Shown here: piece after piece, positions 8,669-16,197 of the stretch
Layout of the letters: every line of letters starts with the position of its first letter
How positions within the stretch are numbered: the stretch's first letter is position 1
Origin: a bacterium
GTDB taxonomy: Bacteria > Patescibacteriota > Saccharimonadia > Saccharimonadales > SZUA-47
Direction of reading: 5' to 3'
Assembly: GCA_030428125.1 (NCBI GenBank)
Contig: JAUIBF010000002.1
Location: forward strand, 79,910-143,909
Length of the DNA stretch: 64,000 bases
The notes under the pieces: model-generated
Databases searched by the model: none
Told to the model about the DNA's origin: nothing
The model's input: the letters and a program-made list of their open reading frames with translations, nothing else
Program-made: the position numbers and the translations under genes

Positions 8669-9748
8669 ATGATAGTTTTGGGTATAGAGAGTAGTTGTGA
8701 CGAGACGGCAGTCGGAATTGTTAAAGATGGTGAGGAGTTACTTGCTAATGCTGTATTTAGCTCTATGGATTTACATAAAGCATACGGAGGGGTTGTTCCA
8801 GAGATTGCTGCTCGTTCGCACATAGAAAGTATTATTCCTGTTCTAACAGAAGCTTTGAAAACCGCTTTTCCATACATGCCAGAAGACGAAGCCTGGGAGC
8901 AGATTGACGCCATTGCGGTTACACACGGAGCTGGATTGGGTGGGAGCTTGCTCGTAGGAGTTATGACTGCAAAAACACTTGCTGTTACCAAAGGTAAACC
9001 ACTGTACGCAATTAATCATGTTGAAGCACATGTTTATGCTAATTTTTTAACCAAAACTTCTCTAGAAAACTACAAATTGCCGGACAAACAGCCGGAATTT
9101 CCCCTACTCTCCCTGATTGTTAGTGGGGGCCACAGCCAGTTGGTTATTTTCAGGAACCATTTTGACTACACATTGCTGGGACAGACCAGAGATGATGCCA
9201 TAGGAGAAGCTTTTGATAAAGTAGCTAAAATTATCGGACTGCCCTACCCTGGAGGCCCAAGTGTTTCTAAAGCTGCCATGAAAGGTGATCCTAATAAGTA
9301 TAAACTGCCTAAAGCAAGACTTGATAACAAGTATGAATACAGCTTCTCTGGGCCTAAAACAGCCGTTTTACGACTTGCTCAGGAAGAAATAGGTGAAGAT
9401 TTCACATTCCCATCGTTTAAGCTAGCAGAGCGCCTCTCAGAGACTCAAGTGTGCGATATCGCGGCCAGTTTTCAGAAAATAGCTGTCGAAACAGTGGTGG
9501 ACAAGACAGTTCTAGCTTTTGAGGAGTTTGAACCGAAGTCAGTAGTTATCGCAGGTGGAGTAGCAGCTAATCAGGAGTTACGCAAGCAGCTATCAGATAG
9601 AATCCCGATAGATGTTGAGTACACCGACATAAAACTCTGTACCGATAATGGAGCAATGATTGCGACTTTGGGTTGTTTTAAGGTAATGAATGAACAAGAA
9701 GTAGCCGACCCCTACTCTCTCCAGCCTCAACCAAATCTAAGTATGTAA
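8669..9748 (+). CDS. tsaD: tRNA N6-adenosine threonylcarbamoyltransferase TsaD
   Basis: N-terminus MIVLGIESSCDETAVGIV and the Kae1/TsaD family layout throughout. TGtTACAAT (8653-8661) lies 7 nt upstream of the ATG at 8669. The ORF-track TTG at 8588 is unlikely to be the start. Confidence 0.92.
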   Translation: MIVLGIESSCDETAVGIVKDGEELLANAVFSSMDLHKAYGGVVPEIAARSHIESIIPVLTEALKTAFPYMPEDEAWEQIDAIAVTHGAGLGGSLLVGVMTAKTLAVTKGKPLYAINHVEAHVYANFLTKTSLENYKLPDKQPEFPLLSLIVSGGHSQLVIFRNHFDYTLLGQTRDDAIGEAFDKVAKIIGLPYPGGPSVSKAAMKGDPNKYKLPKARLDNKYEYSFSGPKTAVLRLAQEEIGEDFTFPSFKLAERLSETQVCDIAASFQKIAVETVVDKTVLAFEEFEPKSVVIAGGVAANQELRKQLSDRIPIDVEYTDIKLCTDNGAMIATLGCFKVMNEQEVADPYSLQPQPNLSM

Positions 9749-10132
9749 CTTTTGTTCCTTATACCAAACACCTACCCCAGAGGAGTAAAAGGGCGTACCT
9801 TCATCAGGCTCGACGAACAAATAAGGCCCTACCCTACCACCATTACGTAGTGAATCTATGATGGCTTCATTGCTTCTACTAACATCCATGTCCAATACTT
9901 TCTGCACAGTTCTTTCCGGGAATGCATCAGAGACTTGTGCTCCTTCTAGCATCCTGTATCCATTTAGATGCAGCTTCACCCCCGTCATTATGGCTTGTGT
10001 AACATCAATATTAACTAGTTCGACTTCTGGGCTAAATGGGAACTCAAAAGCATCAGCAACTTCGCTAAATATAGAAATAGCTCGACCAGAGCCAAAGTCG
10101 CTACTTAGGGGGAATTGTCTTTCGCTAGGCAT
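9737..10132 (-). CDS. Hypothetical protein
   Basis: 131-aa ORF with an ATG start. Overlaps the tsaD 3-prime end by 12 nt. No motif recognised. Confidence 0.5.
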   Translation of the reverse strand: MPSERQFPLSSDFGSGRAISIFSEVADAFEFPFSPEVELVNIDVTQAIMTGVKLHLNGYRMLEGAQVSDAFPERTVQKVLDMDVSRSNEAIIDSLRNGGRVGPYLFVEPDEGTPFYSSGVGVWYKEQKLHT

Positions 10133-10432
10133 TACATATCCGGCTGGATAAACTGCCGGATAAATAGGTGGCCCAAAAGGTGGTTTTCAACTGCTCATAG
10201 CAAAATATATTAAAATAATATGACAATAGTGTCAATGTTGTTTCTGTTTATCTTCCCTGTTATGCTTAAAATGCAAAAACAAAAAGTTAGAGAACTGTTC
10301 TGATTGACACTCAGAATCGCACATTACGAACAAAAAACGAACAGGATAGATACGTTTCCTGTTTGTGAATTCAGTTAGGGCACTTAAGACCAGGGGATGA
10401 GGGCGCGTCTTCCATTGGTTTTAGTTGCTAAA

Positions 10433-10446
10433 ATTTCACGTGAAAT
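10433..10446. promoter_or_regulatory. Perfect 14-bp palindrome ATTTCACGTGAAAT
   Basis: Read directly from the sequence. It lies about 95 nt upstream of the valS ATG in a 400-bp non-coding spacer. Confidence 0.35.
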
Positions 10447-10525
10447 CCACAAAAACTAGCCAAACCGTAGTATCTGTGGTTACGCTTAGATATAAACTTG
10501 AGATTTCGTTGTTACACAACAGGGG

Positions 10526-10534
10526 TGGTACAAT
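10526..10534 (+). promoter_or_regulatory. Extended -10 promoter (TGgTACAAT) for a leaderless valS mRNA
   Basis: The hexamer ends 7 nt before the ATG at 10542, the same geometry as many other genes in the window. Confidence 0.5.
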
Positions 10535-10541
10535 ACCTGTA

Positions 10542-13094
10542 ATGCAGTTAGGGAAAACATACATACCGGCAGACTATGAGTCGGACATCTACGATCTCTG
10601 GGAAAAAAATGAAGCTTTTGCTCCAACAGGGGGTGGAGAGCCGTTTGTTATGGTTATGCCTCCACCAAACGCCAATGCGCCTCTTCACATTGGCCACGCG
10701 CTGAATTACTCAATAATGGACGTTTTAGCTCGTTATAACCGGGCTAAAGGTAGAGACGTTTTATTCCTTCCTGGTGCCGACCACGCAGGCTTTGAAACCC
10801 AAGTGGTTTATGAGAAACATCTGGCAAAAGACGGCAAGAGTCGCTTCGATTTTAGCAGGGAAGAACTGTATTCTCAGGTCTGGGATTTTGTAGATGAAAA
10901 TAAGGGTGTATTTCAATCTCAGCTACGTTCATTTGGTGCCAGTGTTGATTGGGGTAGATTCACGTTTACTCTCGATCCAAAAGTAGTAAAAACTGCTTAT
11001 GGAACATTCAAAAAACTGTGGGACGACGGGTTAGTTTACAGAGGTGAAAGACTGGTAAACTACTGCACTCAGCACCGTACAGGATTTGCCGATATCGAAG
11101 TTGTTTACGAGGACCAAAAGACTCCACTTTATTACATGAAGTATGGTCCGTTTGAGCTAGCAACAACTCGACCAGAAACCAAGTTTGGCGACACAGCCGT
11201 AGCAGTACACCCAGATGATGAAAGATACAAAAAGTACGTTGGTAAAACTATTGAAGTTGAAGGTATTGAAGGGCAATTTGAGTTGCGTGTTGTGGCTGAC
11301 GAGATGGTGGATCCAGAGTTCGGAACTGGTGTGGTAAAAATTACCCCGGCACATGATTTTAATGACTGGGAAGTTGCACAAAGGCATAATTTAGAGGCAG
11401 TTAGGGTTATTAATCATGATGGGACATTGAATCACAGAGCAGGGAAGTTTGAAGGCATGGAAGTCAAAGAAGCCCGCAAGGAAGTAGTCAAAGCCCTTAA
11501 AGAAAAAGACTTGCTCGTTAAGGTAGACGAAAATTATCAGAATAGAGTAGGGAAGTGCTACAAGTGTGGAACTGCCATTGAGCCTATGTTGCTCGATCAG
11601 TGGTTTATCAACATGAAGAAATTGGCAGAACCAGCCATTAAAACCCTTAAAGCTGGTAAAATTAACTTCTATCCAGAGTCTAAGTGTTCGGAAACTGTTC
11701 GCTATTTAGAAAATGTTCGAGACTGGAATATAAGTCGTCAGATTGCCTGGGGTATTCCTATCCCGGCATTTCAAAATATTGATGATTCGGATGATTGGAT
11801 ATTTAACGAGAACGTTGACCAGGAAATCTTAGAAATTGACGGTAAAAAATACCGGAGGGATCCGGATGTATTCGATACCTGGTTCTCTAGTGGGCAGTGG
11901 CCATTTGTAACTTTAGATTATCCAGATGGACCTGATTTCAAAAGCTATTATCCAAATACATTGATGGAAATGGGGACAGACATTTTGTACCAATGGGGAG
12001 CACGTATGATTTGTCTCGGACTGTACGTAACAGGGGAGATTCCGTTCGAAGATATCTATTTACACGGCATGGTGCGTTCAGAAGATGGACGTAAGATGAG
12101 TAAGAGCCTCGGTAACGTAATTAGTCCACACACAGTTATCGAAGAATTTGGCTCTGACGCATTAAGAATGGGGATGATCGCGGGTAGAAGTGCAGGGGAT
12201 AGTGCAGCATTCGCACCTGCCAAGGTGGTTGCCGGTAGAAACTTCTGCAACAAGTTATGGAATGTTGCCAGGTTTATCGAGAACACCCTAGCCGGTAAAG
12301 AGGTAAAACCTGAAGCTAAGGCAGTAACTCCGGCAGACCATTGGATGCTTGAACGGCTAGAAAAAACTTCAGAAGCTTTGTCGTCACATCTAGAGAACTA
12401 CAGATTGAGTGAAGCCTACGATACGGTATATCACTTTGTGTGGGATGATTTTGCCGACTGGTATATAGAAGCAAGTAAGAGCGAAGTAAATCCTGGGCTA
12501 TTAAGCTTTGGACTAGAGTCTGTATTGAAAATGGCTCATCCTTTCGCACCATTTGTAACAGAGACAATATGGCAGACTCTAACTTGGACTGGCGACAGTA
12601 TGCTGATTAACCAAGGTTGGCCAGAAAAGGTTCATTTTGATAGTAAAAAAGCCGAAGAGTTCAGTGAAATCCAAACCATAGTAGCTGAAACTAGAGCAAT
12701 TATTTCTGCTCTAAAACTTCGTAAAACCAAGTTATTTTTCACGGATGTGCCGTTTCTTCGTGACCACGCGGAACTAATATCGGGACTGGCCAAAATACAG
12801 GGTGTTCACGAAGTAGAAGACGGCAAAGGTTTACACCTGACGACTACGAACTACACCTGCTGGCTTGATGTTGACAGAGAAACAACTGAGCACTACCTAA
12901 CTAAGCTAGAAAAACAGCTGAAGAGTGCTGAGAATGCGGCAGAAGGATTTAAAAAACGCTTGGACAACGAAGCGTATGTGAAGAAAGCACCAAAAAAACT
13001 GGTTGACGAAACCAAGAAACAGCTAGAGGATAGTGAGCAACTGATAAAAAATATTGAGATCGAGATTGAAAGATTCTCAGACCACTTCGCATAA
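10542..13094 (+). CDS. valS: Valine--tRNA ligase
   Basis: Class I motifs PLHIGHALNY (HIGH) and KMSKSLGN (KMSKS), plus DTWFSSG and a C-terminal coiled coil. ATG at 10542 is preferred over the upstream TTG at 10425. Confidence 0.95.
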   Translation: MQLGKTYIPADYESDIYDLWEKNEAFAPTGGGEPFVMVMPPPNANAPLHIGHALNYSIMDVLARYNRAKGRDVLFLPGADHAGFETQVVYEKHLAKDGKSRFDFSREELYSQVWDFVDENKGVFQSQLRSFGASVDWGRFTFTLDPKVVKTAYGTFKKLWDDGLVYRGERLVNYCTQHRTGFADIEVVYEDQKTPLYYMKYGPFELATTRPETKFGDTAVAVHPDDERYKKYVGKTIEVEGIEGQFELRVVADEMVDPEFGTGVVKITPAHDFNDWEVAQRHNLEAVRVINHDGTLNHRAGKFEGMEVKEARKEVVKALKEKDLLVKVDENYQNRVGKCYKCGTAIEPMLLDQWFINMKKLAEPAIKTLKAGKINFYPESKCSETVRYLENVRDWNISRQIAWGIPIPAFQNIDDSDDWIFNENVDQEILEIDGKKYRRDPDVFDTWFSSGQWPFVTLDYPDGPDFKSYYPNTLMEMGTDILYQWGARMICLGLYVTGEIPFEDIYLHGMVRSEDGRKMSKSLGNVISPHTVIEEFGSDALRMGMIAGRSAGDSAAFAPAKVVAGRNFCNKLWNVARFIENTLAGKEVKPEAKAVTPADHWMLERLEKTSEALSSHLENYRLSEAYDTVYHFVWDDFADWYIEASKSEVNPGLLSFGLESVLKMAHPFAPFVTETIWQTLTWTGDSMLINQGWPEKVHFDSKKAEEFSEIQTIVAETRAIISALKLRKTKLFFTDVPFLRDHAELISGLAKIQGVHEVEDGKGLHLTTTNYTCWLDVDRETTEHYLTKLEKQLKSAENAAEGFKKRLDNEAYVKKAPKKLVDETKKQLEDSEQLIKNIEIEIERFSDHFA

Positions 13095-13100
13095 ATTAAC

Positions 13101-13952
13101 TTAATATTCGAGGGATTTTTTGATTTTGGCTACTGATTCATGTGGTCGATAGTCATCGAACCACATTACTTTCCAGCCCATTCTTTCAGCAGCCATAAGG
13201 TTAGTTCTACTATCATCTACAAATAAGATTTCGTTTGCATTTACACTAGCTTTATTTTCAGCGATTTCATAAATTTCTGGCTCCGGCTTAATAGTGTGAA
13301 CTTGAGAAGAGTCGATTATTGCATCGTATTTTAAATCAGGGATTTTACCGAGCTTAATCATTTCATCGATGAACCCAGGCATAATGTTGGAAAGCAGACC
13401 AACCTTGTAATGCTGTGACGCCCACTGTAGCAACTCGTGAGTCTCGCTGATAACTTCAATAGCATCTAAATAGTATTCCTTGAAGCCCATTTCTGGCAAT
13501 GCAAAGCGATGCGCCAATTTGCTATTGAACTCGTCCATAGTTATTTCGCCACGGCAAACAGCATCATTATAGTGCCAGAACGTAGATTCGATAACATCAC
13601 TAGGAACAGACGTGTCATGCGCAATACGTGTAAAAGCACCCTGGAAAAAGCGAACCAAGCAGCCGTTTATGTCCAGGTATAAGAACTTTATTCCATTTTT
13701 GCTAGTCTTTTTCTCTAGAGATACGGAATTAGTATCGACAACCGCGCCCAATAAGTTGTCCATACTAATCCCTAGAACGCCTGCTATTTTAGCTACTGTG
13801 AAAACAGACGGAGTTTTAATGGCTCCACGTTCTATTTTGGCCAGGGTAGAGTAAGACAACTCTGCCTGATTGCAGAGCTGTTGTTGAGTTAATCCAGCAC
13901 TTTGCCTAGCTTGCTGGATTGATTTACCCAGTTGTTTCGAGTCCTCACCCAT
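13101..13952 (-). CDS. Fusion protein: XRE-family HTH domain + HAD-superfamily hydrolase domain
   Basis: The N-terminus LTQQQLCNQAELSYSTLAKIERG is an XRE-type HTH. The C-terminal half has HAD features (YLDINGCL ... LSN ... FVDDS). TGgTATTAT lies 8 nt upstream of the ATG at 13952. Confidence 0.75.
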   Translation of the reverse strand: MGEDSKQLGKSIQQARQSAGLTQQQLCNQAELSYSTLAKIERGAIKTPSVFTVAKIAGVLGISMDNLLGAVVDTNSVSLEKKTSKNGIKFLYLDINGCLVRFFQGAFTRIAHDTSVPSDVIESTFWHYNDAVCRGEITMDEFNSKLAHRFALPEMGFKEYYLDAIEVISETHELLQWASQHYKVGLLSNIMPGFIDEMIKLGKIPDLKYDAIIDSSQVHTIKPEPEIYEIAENKASVNANEILFVDDSRTNLMAAERMGWKVMWFDDYRPHESVAKIKKSLEY

Positions 13953-14013
13953 GTAACCTAATAATACCAATGATTCAAAAGATTTGCGAGAAAAATAGTA
14001 CTAAAAGGCTAGT

Positions 14014-14190
14014 TTATCCAAATAGTGTCCACAGCACCGTAAGGGTAATTAAAAAAGAGATTATCCCAGCAAATACTGCTGGAGCTGCTTGCTTTTTGAA
14101 GTCCCCAGCACCTCGGTATGAGGTCTTTCGGTAGACAAAGATTGCGACCCCTACTCCTACAAAAAATGCGATGAATGTATTACTGGCCAC
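14014..14190 (-). CDS. Possible 58-aa two-helix membrane protein (below the ORF-track cutoff)
   Basis: Manual translation gives MASNTFIAFFVGVGVAIFVYRKTSYRGAGDFKKQAAPAVFAGIISFLITLTVLWTLFG. Its GTG start overlaps the HIT gene stop (TAGTG), suggesting translational coupling. Confidence 0.35.
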   Translation of the reverse strand: MASNTFIAFFVGVGVAIFVYRKTSYRGAGDFKKQAAPAVFAGIISFLITLTVLWTLFG

Positions 14191-14588
14191 TATAAATTAC
14201 TCCTTATTTTCTCTGCTATCTGCGCTAGTTGCTCGTGATTTGGGTCAGTCTTCGGTTGTGATGCGCGAAATTCGTCACCACTGTCAATAGGGCAGACTAC
14301 AGCGTGAGCATGAGGAACATCAAATCCTTCGATTCTAACGCCGATTTTTTTCTTTTCTGGGAAAGTTTTACGGAGTGCAACCATAAGTTTTTTAATTGAA
14401 ACCATCATTGCATTGCTTGTTTCGTCAGGCAAATCTTCAAAATTATCAATCTCTTCTTTGGCTACGACTACCAACATTCCATCCTGAAGTGGAAATATAT
14501 CCATAAATGCAAAAGTTAATTCGTCTTCGTAGACTTTGTGGCAGGGGATATCGCCATTAATGATCTTAGTAAATATACTCGGTTCCAT
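14190..14588 (-). CDS. HIT-family (histidine triad) nucleotide hydrolase
   Basis: Histidine triad VPHAHAVV and a HinT-like N-terminus FTKIINGDIPCHKVYEDE. TATAAT lies 7 nt upstream of the ATG at 14588. Confidence 0.85.
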   Translation of the reverse strand: MEPSIFTKIINGDIPCHKVYEDELTFAFMDIFPLQDGMLVVVAKEEIDNFEDLPDETSNAMMVSIKKLMVALRKTFPEKKKIGVRIEGFDVPHAHAVVCPIDSGDEFRASQPKTDPNHEQLAQIAEKIRSNL

Positions 14589-14635
14589 TAGCACAATTAT
14601 AGCTTGTTTCTAAGATTTCTTGCTATGATTTATCT

Positions 14636-14836
14636 ATGAATAAATATACGCAACCTTTGCGAGTCGTAACTGCATTACTGGCTGTTTTCACGGCAGGGTT
14701 ACTAGTTCTTTGGGTTCTAGGAGCGACTGATGATGAACAGACAAAAGATTTCATTATTAAAGTAGCTCTAGTTTCAGTTATCGCGATGGTGTTGTCTACC
14801 GTTTTACAGCTACTATCAGGTTCTGATAAAAAGTAG
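14636..14836 (+). CDS. Small membrane protein (66 aa, two hydrophobic helices)
   Basis: TGcTATGAT (14621-14629) lies 6 nt upstream of the ATG. Preferred over the overlapping antisense 72-aa ORF. Confidence 0.55.
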   Translation: MNKYTQPLRVVTALLAVFTAGLLVLWVLGATDDEQTKDFIIKVALVSVIAMVLSTVLQLLSGSDKK

Positions 14837-14837
14837 T

Positions 14838-15173
14838 TCAATATATAACAATTCCGATAAACACTAGCCCATACAGTACAGTTCCTATCAGGTAGGTAGC
14901 TATTATTGGCTTGGAGCTATGTACCAATCCGTAAATTAGCATAGTAATACCCCAAAGAGTGAAAACAGCCCACGTGATAATAGACAAGCCCTCGGTAGTT
15001 TTGTTGCCATATATTTTTATAACCTGAGGCAGTACCGAAAAAGACATAGCTATACCCAAAAACGATACCCAACTGTCCAACGCTCGTACAAAAAGTTTGT
15101 TTGACGGAAAAGGCTTAAGTTTTTTTGAGTTCACACGTTTTCTTATATGCTTGTGGTAAAGTGGGTGAGACAC
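14838..15173 (-). CDS. PQ-loop / SemiSWEET-like three-helix transporter
   Basis: PQ motif in FSVLPQVIKIYGNKTTEGLSI followed by two more hydrophobic helices. GTG start with a TAATAA(T) box 6-7 nt upstream. Confidence 0.65.
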   Translation of the reverse strand: MSHPLYHKHIRKRVNSKKLKPFPSNKLFVRALDSWVSFLGIAMSFSVLPQVIKIYGNKTTEGLSIITWAVFTLWGITMLIYGLVHSSKPIIATYLIGTVLYGLVFIGIVIY

Positions 15174-15406
15174 ATACCCATTATTACACGAAAAAGCTTA
15201 TGCCTGAAATCAAACAACACTAGTAAAAAAGTTAAAAAAATGATACAATTACCCCTGTTGCGTCGACGTGTGATGGTAAGTAAGACATGCTCACAACAAA
15301 ACAAGTTTGCTTGCGAGCAGTAGCTAACTTAACAAGCCGTCTCCTTTCAAAATTCCAAACAGCTAAAAGCTTGGTTTGAAATTTTGGTAAAGCAACCCTA
15401 GCTTTT

Positions 15407-15483
15407 TAGGAAAAAGGGCAGACGGAACAGACGATTTATTCGGCTGTCCCTCTCGTTGAGAAAAAACGTAGTTTTGTCTCAAA
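15407..15483 (+). promoter_or_regulatory. Conserved intergenic element, copy A (ATTTATT-loop hairpin + GAGAAAAAACGTAGTTTTGTCTC core)
   Basis: Clearly similar over about 77 nt to 35368-35443, and the core is shared with 61270-61300. The core holds the -10-like TAGTTT (15469-74) 12 nt before the tRNA. It can also fold as a 10-bp hairpin with a GTA loop. Confidence 0.5.
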
Positions 15484-15486
15484 CTT

Positions 15487-15563
15487 GCACCCGTAGCTCA
15501 GCTGGATAGAGCGTCTGTTTGCGGTACAGGAGGTCGTGTGTTCGAATCACGCCGGGTGTACCA
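15487..15563 (+). tRNA. tRNA-Arg, anticodon GCG (manual fold), CCA encoded
   Basis: Full cloverleaf folded by hand: acceptor GCACCCG/CGGGTGT, D arm GCTC/GAGC with A20, anticodon stem TCTGT/ACAGG, loop TTGCGGT, T arm GTGTG-TTCGAAT-CACGC. The 5-prime half closely resembles the E. coli tRNA-Arg(ACG) sequence as I recall it. Confidence 0.9.
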
Positions 15564-15572
15564 TTGAAAGAG

Positions 15573-15594
15573 CCGACCAACCGGTCGGTTTTTT
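15573..15594 (+). terminator. Rho-independent terminator after tRNA-Arg
   Basis: CCGACC-AACC-GGTCGG followed by TTTTTT. Confidence 0.8.
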
Positions 15595-15610
15595 CATGTA
15601 TACTTTTTTC

Positions 15611-16143
15611 ATGAGTGAGCTTAAGCAAATAATCGGGGACTATACCACTTTTTTGAATGACATATTAAGTCGTGTGTCGGAAGAAGGTTTTGATTTTGCT
15701 GACTTTGTTCAGGTTGACCACATGTGTTACCGAACAACTTCTTTGAAAATTACGATAAAAAGAAAGCCGAGTTAGAGTCTGTCGCGAAATTAGTAGGCGA
15801 GTCTATGGTTAACGAGCGGCCAATTTCAACTTTTAGACTTAACGACCCTGTCATGCACTCACCCTGGAGGATAGATGCCATCGAGCTCCCAGCCCCGAAG
15901 ACAGGCAGTGAACATCAAGAGGGACTAGAGCATATCGAATTTGTTTTATTTGACGAAATTCCTGCCTTCTTAAATAAATACGCGGGAAAACCTTTCGAGA
16001 TGCGCGCTGCTGATAGAGGCATTAACCCAGAGATTGGCCTCCAGCTAGATAATCTATCTGTAAAATTCCATCTATTAAACTTGCCTACTGTCGTCTACCT
16101 TGAGAATAAACTTGGTATAGACGAAATTAAGGATGGGCAATAG
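15611..16143 (+). pseudogene. VOC-fold (YecM-like) protein interrupted by a single-nucleotide frameshift
   Basis: Two overlapping ORFs (15536..15775 and 15724..16143) read as one protein, ...VDHMCYRTTS|xENYDKKKAELE..., if one base is added near 15748-15752 (CTTCTTTG). Confidence 0.6.
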
Positions 16144-16197
16144 CCAGCCTTTGAAGTTCGATTTTTATCAGTCTTTTTTTATGCCATAATGTTTTGC

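Noticed and set aside
10390-10420. ACCAGGGGATGAGGGCGCGTCTTCC as a possible SRP RNA helix-8 fragment.
   Set aside because: It lacks the GGAA/GNAR tetraloop and the symmetric and asymmetric loop consensus, and it has no closing helix.
10521-10541. T-box riboswitch-like sequence AGGGGTGGTACAATACC upstream of valS. It resembles the conserved GGGUGGUACCGCG T-box core, with UGGU able to pair with a tRNA-Val ACCA end.
   Set aside because: It is better explained as an extended -10 promoter, TGgTACAAT, ending 7 nt before the ATG, the same geometry as about 18 other genes. I found no Stem I specifier loop, no AG/GNUGGA-type distal motifs, and no terminator or sequestrator downstream. An Infernal scan with RF00230 would settle it.
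14623-14841. 72-aa minus-strand ORF overlapping the 66-aa plus-strand ORF.
   Set aside because: The plus-strand ORF has a TGcTATGAT box 6 nt upstream and a clean two-helix membrane profile. The minus-strand ORF has neither.
15536-15610. ORF-track start at 15536 for the YecM-like gene.
   Set aside because: This extension overlaps the 3-prime part of tRNA-Arg and its terminator. The ATG at 15611, after the T-run, is the plausible start.
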